Part shown: positions 27,470-35,855 of the stretch, piece after piece
Layout: every line of letters starts with the position of its first letter
Position numbering within the stretch: the stretch's first letter is position 1
Source: Nitrospirota bacterium
GTDB taxonomy: Bacteria; Nitrospirota; Thermodesulfovibrionia; Thermodesulfovibrionales; JdFR-86
Direction: 5' to 3'
Length of the DNA: 64,000 bases
NCBI GenBank assembly: GCA_963721805.1
Contig: CAVRJY010000001.1
Span: forward strand, 1,024,001-1,088,000
Notes under the pieces: model-generated
The model's database searches: none
What the model was told of the DNA's origin: nothing
The model's input: the letters and a program-made list of their open reading frames with translations, nothing else
Made by a program: the position numbers and the translations under genes

Positions 27470-28009
27470 CTATTTCGCCGGCGAGCCCTTGAGCTTCTCG
27501 ATCTCTTCTTTTACGGCAGCTGCGTTTGGCGCGTCGGGCGAGATCTCAAGGTATTTCGAGAACTCCGCGAGCGCCCCCTTGTTGTCCTTCAGGTCATACT
27601 CCATGACCACGCCCATGTTGAGGTGCGCGTTTAGGTGGCGCGGGTCGATCTCGATAGCCTTGCGGTATTCCTTGATCGCGTCCAGGGGGCGTCCGAGCCT
27701 GCGGTAGCAGGTGCCCATGTCCACGCGGACGTCGAGGTCCTTGGGGTCGATCGCGAGGGCCTGCTGGTAGCTGTCGACGGCCTCGGCGAAGCGGTTGCTG
27801 TCCATATAGAGGTTGCCGAGCTTGATCAGGGCGCCGGCGTTCCTGGGGTCCTTGCGCAGGATTTCGCGGTAAGCCTTGATGTCGTTGTCCGCGTCTCCCA
27901 TGGCCGGGGCGGCCTGGCCGCCGCCCTGCGTGACCGGGACGTCGGCCGACTTGTTCTGGCAGCCGAGCGCGACCGCCAACAGTAGAGCAGCAAGCAAAAA
28001 CTTTTTCAT
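27470..28009 (-). CDS. TPR-repeat lipoprotein (paralog of 26825-27376)
   Basis: Lipobox ALGC, TPR units aligning with the neighbouring gene. Confidence 0.85.
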   Translation of the reverse strand: MKKFLLAALLLAVALGCQNKSADVPVTQGGGQAAPAMGDADNDIKAYREILRKDPRNAGALIKLGNLYMDSNRFAEAVDSYQQALAIDPKDLDVRVDMGTCYRRLGRPLDAIKEYRKAIEIDPRHLNAHLNMGVVMEYDLKDNKGALAEFSKYLEISPDAPNAAAVKEEIEKLKGSPAK

Positions 28010-28027
28010 CGTTTACCTCCCTCAGGG

Positions 28028-28825
28028 CTATGCAGCGGGTATTATAACACCGAGCGCGACGAGCGCGATATACAGGACAGGACCGGCAAACAGCGCCCCG
28101 TCTATCTTGTCGAGCATCCCGCCGTGGCCGGGGATGAGAGCCCCGGAGTCCTTCACCCCGGCGTCGCGCTTGAACATCGACTCCACGAGGTCTCCGACTA
28201 TCGTGACCCCGCCTACGACGAACCCCGATACGGCCGCGTCGCGTGCCGCGAGCGTGGGGATCAGCAGGGCCTTGATCACGAGCGCCCCTGCGACGCCCCC
28301 GGCGAACGAGCCGACCGCGCCTGCGACGGTCTTGTTCGGGCTTATCGACGGGTACAGCTTGCGCCTGCCGATGCTCTTGCCGACGAAATACGCCATCGCG
28401 TCCGCGCCCCAGATAGAGGCCATGAGGTAGATGATCCACTCAGGCCCCTGGGCCCTAAGCGGGATGAACGCGGACATCATTAGCGGGATATAGACGATCC
28501 CGGTGATCACCGGGGCCACGTCGGAGAGCGACGATGCGGGGTTTCGCACCCCGAAGAGCCGCGTGCTCATCACGGCCATCGCCCCCAGCACCAGCACCGC
28601 CGCCATGTTGCCGTGAAGCTGTACCGCGGCTATCGCGAGCGCGCCCACCGCCACCCCGATCCGCCCGAGCGCGGGCCTTACGCGGTACATCTTGTAGAAC
28701 TCCAGCTGCGCCCACGCGGCGACGACGCCAACCAGCAGCGCGAGGTATCCGGCCGGGAGGCGCATGATATAAAAGTACATCGACGGCAGGACGATGGCCG
28801 CGGTTATGAGCCGGATGGCGAGCAT
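28028..28825 (-). CDS. cdsA: Phosphatidate cytidylyltransferase
   Basis: ISPNKT, GDLVESMFKRDAGVKDSG.LIPGHGGMLDKID motifs. Confidence 0.97.
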   Translation of the reverse strand: MLAIRLITAAIVLPSMYFYIMRLPAGYLALLVGVVAAWAQLEFYKMYRVRPALGRIGVAVGALAIAAVQLHGNMAAVLVLGAMAVMSTRLFGVRNPASSLSDVAPVITGIVYIPLMMSAFIPLRAQGPEWIIYLMASIWGADAMAYFVGKSIGRRKLYPSISPNKTVAGAVGSFAGGVAGALVIKALLIPTLAARDAAVSGFVVGGVTIVGDLVESMFKRDAGVKDSGALIPGHGGMLDKIDGALFAGPVLYIALVALGVIIPAA

Positions 28826-29547
28826 CAGGACTTCTTGGCCTGCACCGCTCCGAACCGGCGGTCTCGTGCCATGTAGCTTTGGAGGGCGCGTTTGAATTCC
28901 TCGGCCGTGAAGTCCGGCCAGTGCACCGGGGTGAAGTAGAGTTCGGAGTATGCGGTCTGCCAGGTGAGGAAGTTGCTCAGGCGCATCTCGCCCGAGGTGC
29001 GGATGACGAGGTCGGGGTCGGGTATGCCCGCGGTATCGAGCAGGTCGGCGAAGCTCTCTTCGGTGAGGTCTTCGGGCTTCATGCCCGCGGCGACCGCTTT
29101 GCGGGCGGCGCGGACGATCTCGTTTCTGCCGCCGTAGCTAAGCGATGCCACGAGCGTCAGGCCGGTGTTGGCGACCGTGTCGCGCTCGGCGCGCATCAGG
29201 AGCGACTGGATGTTGTCCGGCAGCCGCCAGAGTTCGCCCACGGCCCTGAACCTGATGCCGTCGCGCAGGAGTTCCTGGAGTTCGTTGCCGAGGTAGCGTT
29301 CGAGGAGCCGCATCAGCATCGTGACTTCCCCTGGGGGGCGCTGCCAGTTTTCGAGCGAGAAGATATAGAGCGTGAGGAACTCGATGCCGAGCGCGTTTGA
29401 GGCCTTGATGATCTCGCGTGCGCGCTCGGCCCCTCTGCGGTGGCCCTCGAAGCGCGGCAGGCCGCGCATCTCGGCCCAGCGGCCGTTGCCGTCCATGATC
29501 ACGCCTACGTGGCGCGGGAGCTTTTCATCTCTGAGCGGGCCGGGCAT
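28825..29547 (-). CDS. uppS: Undecaprenyl diphosphate synthase
   Basis: IMDGNGRWA, FSLENWQRP, IRTSGEMRLSNFL motifs. Confidence 0.97.
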   Translation of the reverse strand: MPGPLRDEKLPRHVGVIMDGNGRWAEMRGLPRFEGHRRGAERAREIIKASNALGIEFLTLYIFSLENWQRPPGEVTMLMRLLERYLGNELQELLRDGIRFRAVGELWRLPDNIQSLLMRAERDTVANTGLTLVASLSYGGRNEIVRAARKAVAAGMKPEDLTEESFADLLDTAGIPDPDLVIRTSGEMRLSNFLTWQTAYSELYFTPVHWPDFTAEEFKRALQSYMARDRRFGAVQAKKS

Positions 29548-29559
29548 CGTCTCGGGTTT

Positions 29560-31374
29560 CTATCCCTTCAGCTTGTACACGAGCAGCTTCATATCGAATA
29601 TGTTGCGCAGCCGGATCAGGTTGCGAGGGTTGATCATCCAGGTGTTTGAGAGCAGCACGAGTTTGTCGCCCACCAAGACCTGGTCGATCACGGTGCCCGG
29701 GACGTCGTCTATCAGCCTGACCTCGGTCGCGTCCGGCCCGTTGGGGAAGACGCGCATCATCTGCGAGTAATAGTTGACGTTCCGGATCTGAGTGATGAGC
29801 GGCTTGCGCTTGGCCGCGAGCACGGAGTCCATAAACGGGGTCATGCGCACCATCAAGACGGGCTCGAACTGGTTGGTCGTCAGAGGTTTGGGCTCGCTCT
29901 CGATGGGGTGCCCGACGACGTTGTAGTAATCGGCGCTCTGCCACATCTGCAGGCCGTTGGTGTCCTCGAACGAGAGCTTGCCGGCGGTAGTGAAGGTGAA
30001 ATAGACCTTCGTGCCCGCGAGCGAGACCGGATAGACGCTGTAGAGCGTCGCGCCCGCCGGTACGTCGAGCTGGGTCGCGCCCTTGAAGTCCGCGCCCTTC
30101 GTCCAGAGGACCGGGAATATCCCGCCCTTATACCCACCGTTTACCTCGAAGTCCTGCCCGTAGAGGGCGCCGTCCATGACCCTCAGGAAGCACGGGCCGC
30201 TCCAGAGCTGGTTGAACTGTTTGCCGTCATACTTGTAGATATAAGACATGGCCGTATTCTCGCCCATCGCCGAGACGATGAGCTCGTCCCGGCCGTCATG
30301 GTCGAGGTCGGCCGCGTAGAGCCTGAGGTTTATGCCCTTGCCAGGCACCTTGATGGAGGCGCCGTCAAGCGCCGGGGCGAATGCGACGCCGAGGGTGAAG
30401 AAGTCTATCCGCCGCTCCAGGGTCAGGGCGAGCACCTGCTTGCCGTCGCCGCCGAAGTCCCCGGCCGTGACCGAACGGTAGCCGTCAGGGAGCGAGAAGC
30501 TGTATACCGGCAGCTCCTGTTTGGGCATGAACAGCGACTCGCCCACGGCTATCGAGCTTGCGAGCGAGGGGGGCACGGTCTCGCGCGCGGACAGCAGCTG
30601 AGCGCCGTCGTCGGTCCAGAGGATGTGCTCGGTCAGGCCGCTCTGCTCGCCCTTGTTTTCGTAAGAGAGCGCGATAGTGGCCACCGCGCCCAGTTCCTTG
30701 GCCCTCGCGAGCATCTCGGCCTGGTTGCTGATGGACGAGACCGGCACCTCGGCGATATCGAAGCGGTCGGACTCGCGGAGCCTGAAATAGTATTCCTCCG
30801 CGATGCTCCAAGGCACCGAGGGGTCGGGATAGAACAGCACCGGCACCTTGGCCGCAGAGATCCTGATCAGGTCCCCGGCCATAGGCTGGCCCTTCGTGGT
30901 GACGAGGTCAGTCTCGCCGGCGCTGACCGCAGTGACGTCCGCGCTGCCAACCAGCTGCTCGGCAAACCCCATGACCTGCTTCGTGACCGGGTGCAGGAAG
31001 GGCTGGCTCTTGCGGAATATGTCGAGCCTCATGCCGGGCTTGATGCCCGAGGCGGCCGGTATGTTCGCTATGATGTCCTTGCCGCTTATCGAGGTGATCG
31101 TGCCGCCCAGGGGCTTGAACATCGCCACGGCCTCGTTGCGGAGCTTTATGAACGGGTTGTTGGCGTCGCTGACCGCAGGGGCCTTAGGTATGGTAGAGGC
31201 CGGCGGCGCGGTCGAAAACGGCGATGAGATGTCGGGGACCGGCGCGGGCTCGGCGGTCGGCTGGTCGGTAACCGGCGGTAACGGCGAGTATGTCTGCCAG
31301 TCCTTTGCGGCCGAGACGCCGCATATCAGGAACACAAATGTAGCGCATAGAGCAAATATCTTAAGGGTTTTCAT
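29560..31374 (-). CDS. Secreted FG-GAP/VCBS-repeat protein
   Basis: Signal peptide; GDFGGDG and ADLDHDGRDEL repeats; HPVTKQVMG motif. Confidence 0.75.
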   Translation of the reverse strand: MKTLKIFALCATFVFLICGVSAAKDWQTYSPLPPVTDQPTAEPAPVPDISSPFSTAPPASTIPKAPAVSDANNPFIKLRNEAVAMFKPLGGTITSISGKDIIANIPAASGIKPGMRLDIFRKSQPFLHPVTKQVMGFAEQLVGSADVTAVSAGETDLVTTKGQPMAGDLIRISAAKVPVLFYPDPSVPWSIAEEYYFRLRESDRFDIAEVPVSSISNQAEMLARAKELGAVATIALSYENKGEQSGLTEHILWTDDGAQLLSARETVPPSLASSIAVGESLFMPKQELPVYSFSLPDGYRSVTAGDFGGDGKQVLALTLERRIDFFTLGVAFAPALDGASIKVPGKGINLRLYAADLDHDGRDELIVSAMGENTAMSYIYKYDGKQFNQLWSGPCFLRVMDGALYGQDFEVNGGYKGGIFPVLWTKGADFKGATQLDVPAGATLYSVYPVSLAGTKVYFTFTTAGKLSFEDTNGLQMWQSADYYNVVGHPIESEPKPLTTNQFEPVLMVRMTPFMDSVLAAKRKPLITQIRNVNYYSQMMRVFPNGPDATEVRLIDDVPGTVIDQVLVGDKLVLLSNTWMINPRNLIRLRNIFDMKLLVYKLKG

Positions 31375-31442
31375 GTGACGCTCATTATAACATAGGGGCA
31401 ACATTGCTCACCTTCACGATATCTTCAATATTCGAAAGGGTG

Positions 31443-31589
31443 GAAAGCGCGCCAAATCGCGTGATACGTTGTCACGGCTCGCATCCTCGTCCTCAATGTA
31501 CGTCACAGTACACCTCCGGGTGCCACGGGCACCTCTTAAAAAAGGAAAGGGCCAGCCAGCCCTAGTCTGACGCTGATTTCGCGCGCTTT
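31443..31589 (+). repeat. Hairpin element A, copy 1
   Basis: GAAAGCGCGCCAAATCGCGTGATACGTTGTCACGGCT...GTACGTCACAGTACAC...CCTAGTCTGACGC-GATTT-CGCGCTTT; homologous to 35697-35821 (inverted) and 56359-56482. Confidence 0.85.
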
Positions 31590-31600
31590 AAGTTACTCTT

Positions 31601-31654
31601 GCATAATCGTGCGAGCGGTCAACGGCATTGATTTGGAGCGCGCTTTCGGGGGTG
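31601..31654 (+). repeat. Repeat B copy 1
   Basis: ATCGTGCGAGCGGTCAACGGCATTGATTTGGAGCGCGCTTTCGGGGGTG, identical core at 32536-32584. Confidence 0.9.
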
Positions 31655-31691
31655 AAGAGGTCGCGCGCTGCCCCCAATTAGGCAAGGTCTG

Positions 31692-31883
31692 CTATGCAAT
31701 CCCCAATTTCTTTTTCATGTCATCATTTGTCGTCCATTTTTTAGTCTTAGCCTTGACCTCAACAGCGGAGGCGTAATCCTTGCTGTCCTCTTGGGCCTCA
31801 CGGTTGAGTGGTATCTCAAACACCATATCGGGACGATAGAGTTTACCCTGTTCAGCCTTCGAAAAGTCGTATTCCTTCTTCAT
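31692..31883 (-). pseudogene. Chimeric antitoxin remnant (BrnA-like N-terminus + copy of the 33385 antitoxin C-terminus)
   Basis: MKKEYDFSKAEQGKLYRP fused to KDYASAVEVKAKTKKWTTNDDMKKKLGIA, which is identical to the end of 33385-33573. Confidence 0.65.
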
Positions 31884-31905
31884 CTTCCGCCCATAAGGAT
31901 AGGCA

Positions 31906-32238
31906 TCATCCCTTGATGATATCAACTATTGACGATATGACAACACCTAACTTTTCGTCCTTCAAACGCCCGATGCCATAAAGGATGATATGGTTGTCAG
32001 CGGTGAACAGGCGGTTAGGCCGGATATTGCTTGACTGCTTCAATCCGCCCGTGGAGAAATCCTCATCACCAAGGCCGATGGAGTATGAGTCGTTAACTGT
32101 TTTGCTTGTGATCTGGCAGAGTATAAGGTCATCTCCGCCCGGCGTTGCTATGACAAGGGCAGGGCGGCGTTTTGATTGCGTGAGGTCAGAAAATGGAAAT
32201 GGCACGACTACGACATCGCCCTTTACAAACTTACCCAT
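31906..32238 (-). CDS. PemK/MazF-family toxin
   Basis: KGDVVVVPFPFSDLTQSKRRPALV, ILCQITS, GGLKQSSNIRPNRLFT. Confidence 0.9.
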   Translation of the reverse strand: MGKFVKGDVVVVPFPFSDLTQSKRRPALVIATPGGDDLILCQITSKTVNDSYSIGLGDEDFSTGGLKQSSNIRPNRLFTADNHIILYGIGRLKDEKLGVVISSIVDIIKG

Positions 32239-32420
32239 GCCTCGTCCTCTTCGGGCCTAAGCCAATCCTTCTTAAGCGACGACTCGCTGGCCCCTGCGAT
32301 AGCCACGCCTTCCCTGACGACCTTGGCTTTAATGAAATGTACGAAATCCAAGACCTCGTCAAGGTATGGTTCAGGAACCTGCTCGATCTCGTGCATAAGG
32401 GCTTCTTTCTTTCCCATCAC
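32223..32420 (-). CDS. DUF2281-like antitoxin
   Basis: EIEQVPEPYLDEVLDFVHFIK...SESSLKKDWLRPEEDEAW; overlaps toxin start. Confidence 0.85.
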   Translation of the reverse strand: MMGKKEALMHEIEQVPEPYLDEVLDFVHFIKAKVVREGVAIAGASESSLKKDWLRPEEDEAWVSL

Positions 32421-32465
32421 CGCACCTCCTTTGTTCTAATATTATAGCTCATCCTTTCCCTTCCA

Positions 32466-32584
32466 CTATGGCAATCCCGCGCAGACGAGGGAGCCTCCAT
32501 ATTATATCCGAGCAATGGCGGTTTAGGATAATTATATCGTGCGAGCGGTCAACGGCATTGATTTGGAGCGCGCTTTCGGGGGTG
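32466..32584 (+). repeat. Repeat C copy 1 + repeat B copy 2
   Basis: CTATGGCAATC..GCGCAGACGAGGGAGCCTCCATATTATATCCGAGCAATGGCGGTTTAGGATAATTATATCGTGCGAGCGGT, repeated at 33848-33937. Confidence 0.9.
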
Positions 32585-32629
32585 CTATCCTCGACGGCTT
32601 CTGTTATAATTTCGCATGAGGCTACGTAT

Positions 32630-32914
32630 ATGACGTTAGTGGATACTATCAAGCGGGATGCTGAGGCACTCAAAGCCAGGTTTCACCTAAAGCGCATCGG
32701 GATATTCGGCTCGTATGTGCGCGGAGAAGAAACGCCCGAAAGCGATCTCGACATCCTTGTTGAATTCGAGACTGATTATGAGACTTTCAATAATTATACT
32801 GACCTGAAGTTTTACCTCGAAGACCGTTTTGGCAAGAATGTCGATGTCGTTACCGTTGATGCCCTTAAACCACAGCTGCGGGATATTATTTTAAACGAAG
32901 TATCCTATGCCTAG
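32630..32914 (+). CDS. MNT (minimal nucleotidyltransferase) antitoxin
   Basis: [24 protein letters not shown] motif; TG-n-TATAAT at 32602-32610. Confidence 0.9.
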   Translation: MTLVDTIKRDAEALKARFHLKRIGIFGSYVRGEETPESDLDILVEFETDYETFNNYTDLKFYLEDRFGKNVDVVTVDALKPQLRDIILNEVSYA

Positions 32915-33248
32915 ACATTACAAGCTCTACCTTGAGGATATGCTTGTTTCGGCTGAGAGCATACTTGAGTATGTGAGCGGATTATCCAAGGACGCATTGC
33001 TTGCGGATAAAATGAGAGTCGATGCCGTAGTGAGGAACTATGAAATTATTGGCGAAGCAGCAGGCCGTATCCCTCAGGAGATTAGGGAGAAATACCCAAA
33101 GGTTGAGTGGAGGCGGATTACAGACCTTAGGAATATCCTGATACATGAATACTTCGGCATTAATCGCAATATCCTGTGGGATATCACTGCCAATCACCTG
33201 CCCCAGCTTGCAGCAGAGTTGAAGGCCATTGTTCCCAACGAGGGTTAG
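32907..33248 (+). CDS. HEPN/DUF86 toxin
   Basis: [24 protein letters not shown] (Rx4H) motifs. Confidence 0.9.
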   Translation: MPRHYKLYLEDMLVSAESILEYVSGLSKDALLADKMRVDAVVRNYEIIGEAAGRIPQEIREKYPKVEWRRITDLRNILIHEYFGINRNILWDITANHLPQLAAELKAIVPNEG

Positions 33249-33347
33249 CGGTCAACGGCATTGATATGGTTCTCGCGCTTTAACGTGGCCTGTGCATAAT
33301 CGTGCGAGCGGTCAACGGCATTGATATGGAGCGCGCTTTCGGGGGGG
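33247..33347 (+). repeat. Repeat B copies 3 and 4 (tandem)
   Basis: AGCGGTCAACGGCATTGATATGG at 33247 and again within GCATAATCGTGCGAGCGGTCAACGGCATTGATATGGAGCGCGCTTTCGGGGGGG (33294-33347). Confidence 0.9.
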
Positions 33348-33384
33348 ACGCGGTCGTGCGCTGCCACCAATTAGGCCGTGGCTG

Positions 33385-33573
33385 TTATGCAATCCCCAAT
33401 TTCTTTTTCATGTCATCATTTGTCGTCCATTTTTTCGTCTTTGCCTTAACCTCGACAGCGGAGGCGTAATCCTTGTTGTCTTCCTCGGCCTCCTTGAGGC
33501 GCTTATACTCCTCGTAATCGAGGATAACCGCGATGGGCTTATTGTTTTCCTTGATGATCTGTGTCTTAATCAC
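33385..33573 (-). CDS. Phd/YefM-like antitoxin
   Basis: IIKENNKPIAVILDYEEYKRL motif; GTG start overlaps the RelE-like stop region. Confidence 0.8.
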   Translation of the reverse strand: MIKTQIIKENNKPIAVILDYEEYKRLKEAEEDNKDYASAVEVKAKTKKWTTNDDMKKKLGIA

Positions 33574-33829
33574 GATACGCCTCCTGTCTGTGCTTGACCT
33601 CATAAACGCTCAATGTGTTCTCCTCGATTCCGAAGATCACCCGATAGTCACCGATACGGAGCCTGAGAAACCCTCCATGTTTGCCTCGAAGGGTTTTAAT
33701 GTCGAAGCCCCCCGAAGGGTTGTCCGCGAATGACTCGATGGTTTTCACGATCCTGGCCGCATCGCTTCGATTGCCCTTCGCCAAGCGTTGCAATTGCTTG
33801 TCCGCATGTTCGGAGTACCGTATTTCCAT
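33566..33829 (-). CDS. RelE/ParE-family toxin
   Basis: YSEHADKQL, DIKTLRG, RLRIGDYRVIF, VKHRQEAY motifs. Confidence 0.9.
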   Translation of the reverse strand: MEIRYSEHADKQLQRLAKGNRSDAARIVKTIESFADNPSGGFDIKTLRGKHGGFLRLRIGDYRVIFGIEENTLSVYEVKHRQEAYRD

Positions 33830-33847
33830 TTTACCCTTTCTACCCCG

Positions 33848-33969
33848 CTATGGCAATCTCGCCTTTGCGCAGACGAGGGAGCCTCCATATTATATCCGAG
33901 CAATGGCGGTTTAGGATAATTATATCGTGCGAGCGGTAAAGGGTATTGACTGGAGTTCTCGCGCTTTCG
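33848..33969 (+). repeat. Repeat C copy 2 + degenerate repeat B copy 5
   Basis: Near-identical to 32466-32550, then diverged GGTAAAGGGTATTGACTGGAGTTCTCGCGCTTTCG. Confidence 0.85.
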
Positions 33970-34422
33970 TTGGTGCCACTGGCATCCCAAAGGAAAAGGC
34001 TGCAATTTCGGTAATGCGTCAATTTAAAGTTTAAGGGTAATCGTACAAGTTTAATAAAGGATTAATAAGAAGAAGCCTACGAGAGAAGCTGACGTGAATA
34101 TGCTTGACGCTGCCATTGCAATGATGCATTGCACAATAACGGTTGATTATGTCCAAAACGTGGACGTTAATAGCAACACCATATTCAATGCAAATGTGAA
34201 ATAGCCCACAGCTATTTATTAATATAATCATATTTTAATAGCGGTAAGGATCGATTTGAGAACCTATCATCCGAGGAAGCAAAAGGTTTCTCATGCAAGT
34301 GCGACGATGTAAATTGGGGGAAATAGCCCTAACGACGCAAGTCTTGTTCAATCAATATAGCCTTGACATGCAAGCCTTCGAAATGTTAAATTTAGGAAGA
34401 AAAATTTTAGGGGGTAATTAGC

Positions 34423-34866
34423 ATGAGCGATAAGGCCGATAAGCTGCTTGACCTGATTAAGCATTACCAGGAAATAATCGACTTATACGAACCCTTGGTA
34501 CTTGAGGCACGCGAGAATTTGAGCACTATTCGTAAGGCTATTGATCTTGTGTTGAGGGATGCTCACCCGACAGACCAAGAGTCACTGTTTGATGATAACG
34601 CCCAAAGAAGTCCCGGTATTGGAAGATACGCCGATAAGACGCTCGCCGAAGCTATCAAAGACATTTTAACTAATAATCCGAGGCCGCTAACGGCCGCTGA
34701 AATTACGCGTCGTGCTATCGATGGAGGCTTTACGAGCAATTCAGCTGATAAACGCCGCGACGTTTCAGTATGTTTAAGTCGGCTTAAAAAACGCAGCGAG
34801 ATCGGATCAGATATGACTGATGAGGGTATGGTTTATAGATTGGCGAAGGGAGGTGAGCAAACTTGA
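34423..34866 (+). CDS. AT-rich hypothetical protein, coiled coil + winged-helix-like C-terminus
   Basis: TLAEAIKDIL....PLTAAEI......GG.......VSVCLSRL pattern; AGGGGG RBS; TTGACA upstream. Confidence 0.65.
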   Translation: MSDKADKLLDLIKHYQEIIDLYEPLVLEARENLSTIRKAIDLVLRDAHPTDQESLFDDNAQRSPGIGRYADKTLAEAIKDILTNNPRPLTAAEITRRAIDGGFTSNSADKRRDVSVCLSRLKKRSEIGSDMTDEGMVYRLAKGGEQT

Positions 34867-35351
34867 GAAGAATTGAAGGGCTGCTAATCGATGGATCGCC
34901 GTTAGCAGTTCCGCTAAAAATGAAGACTCGCTATCTGGTGTAGTTGGCACTGGGCCGGATAGCGAGTCGTTAGGCGATCCCCGCCTTTGGCGGAGGGTAA
35001 AACATTTTCGTGAGGATTAACACTTAAAAGGCTTGATCTTACAAGCTAATTATAGTGCCTTCCTTTGCGCATTGTCAAGCCCAAACTTAAAAACAGGAAA
35101 GGTCCTCCATGACTAAGAAACCTGGCTATAAGCTTGTATTCACAGCCTATATCACCACGCGAAACGGTACGCGGATTTACGCGTATCAACGGGGCCTCAA
35201 GGCTTTCCCAATATGGGTTAAAGACAAGAAGTAAAGGGTGAGTTGATGGTGGGGGGAGAAACATATCCCTCACCATCAACCTCTTTCCACTAACTATAGT
35301 TAGTCGTAAGTTAATAGAAAACGCACGGTTTTGAATTTTTCCTATAACCTT

Positions 35352-35821
35352 CGGTTTATATATAAACCGTAGTATATCGCTTTTTTCATTTAGTTGTGAT
35401 TCAATACAGGATGACTATGATAGGCTCATTTTTGAGGGTGCTGAAAGCAGGGTCGGAGGCCGATGGACAGCGCGAAAAACGTATCCGAACATCCGAACAC
35501 GGGAGAGGTCAAATTATCGATGTTTTTCGTTACCTTGGACTGTTTTTTGTCTGTTCATTCGAACGCAATAAAAAACGCGCGCACGTGCGCGCGCGATATT
35601 CCTAACTATGCCTAAGCGCGAGCATCAGAACATGCTTTTTCCGATCAAGTCTTTGACCGTGAGGCGCGGAGGCAGCGGCTGGGCCGCGCACTTCGCAAAG
35701 CGCGATAAATCGCGTCAGACTAGGAACGGCGAGGAAAACGTCCGCAAGTGTACTGAGACGTACTCTGGAGGACGGATTTCCGAAGCCGTGACAACGTATC
35801 ACGCGACTTTAGCGCGCTTTC
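35352..35821 (-). repeat. Long non-coding element D+B+A, copy 1 (includes hairpin A copy 2 at 35697-35821)
   Basis: Reverse complement aligns block-for-block with 56359-56790. Confidence 0.8.
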
Positions 35822-35855
35822 ACAGAAGCCCCCGTATGCCGTATAATGGTGCCCT

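Noticed and set aside
29908..31227. Long antisense ORFs (e.g. 29908-31227, 18083-19315, 15149-16204, 51845-52942)
   Set aside because: Shadow frames of well-supported genes, expected in GC-rich DNA.
31601..33969. Repeat B as a CRISPR array
   Set aside because: Spacing is irregular (tens of bp to ~900 bp), the intervals hold whole genes, and no cas genes are in the window.
34031..35279. ORFs 34031-34231 and 35046-35279
   Set aside because: Short, no recognisable motifs or RBS; cannot be supported, though they may be decayed remnants.
31443..35821. Classical integron
   Set aside because: No intI; the repeats lack clear RYYYAAC...GTTRRRY ends; cargo lies on both strands. Needs IntegronFinder to exclude fully.
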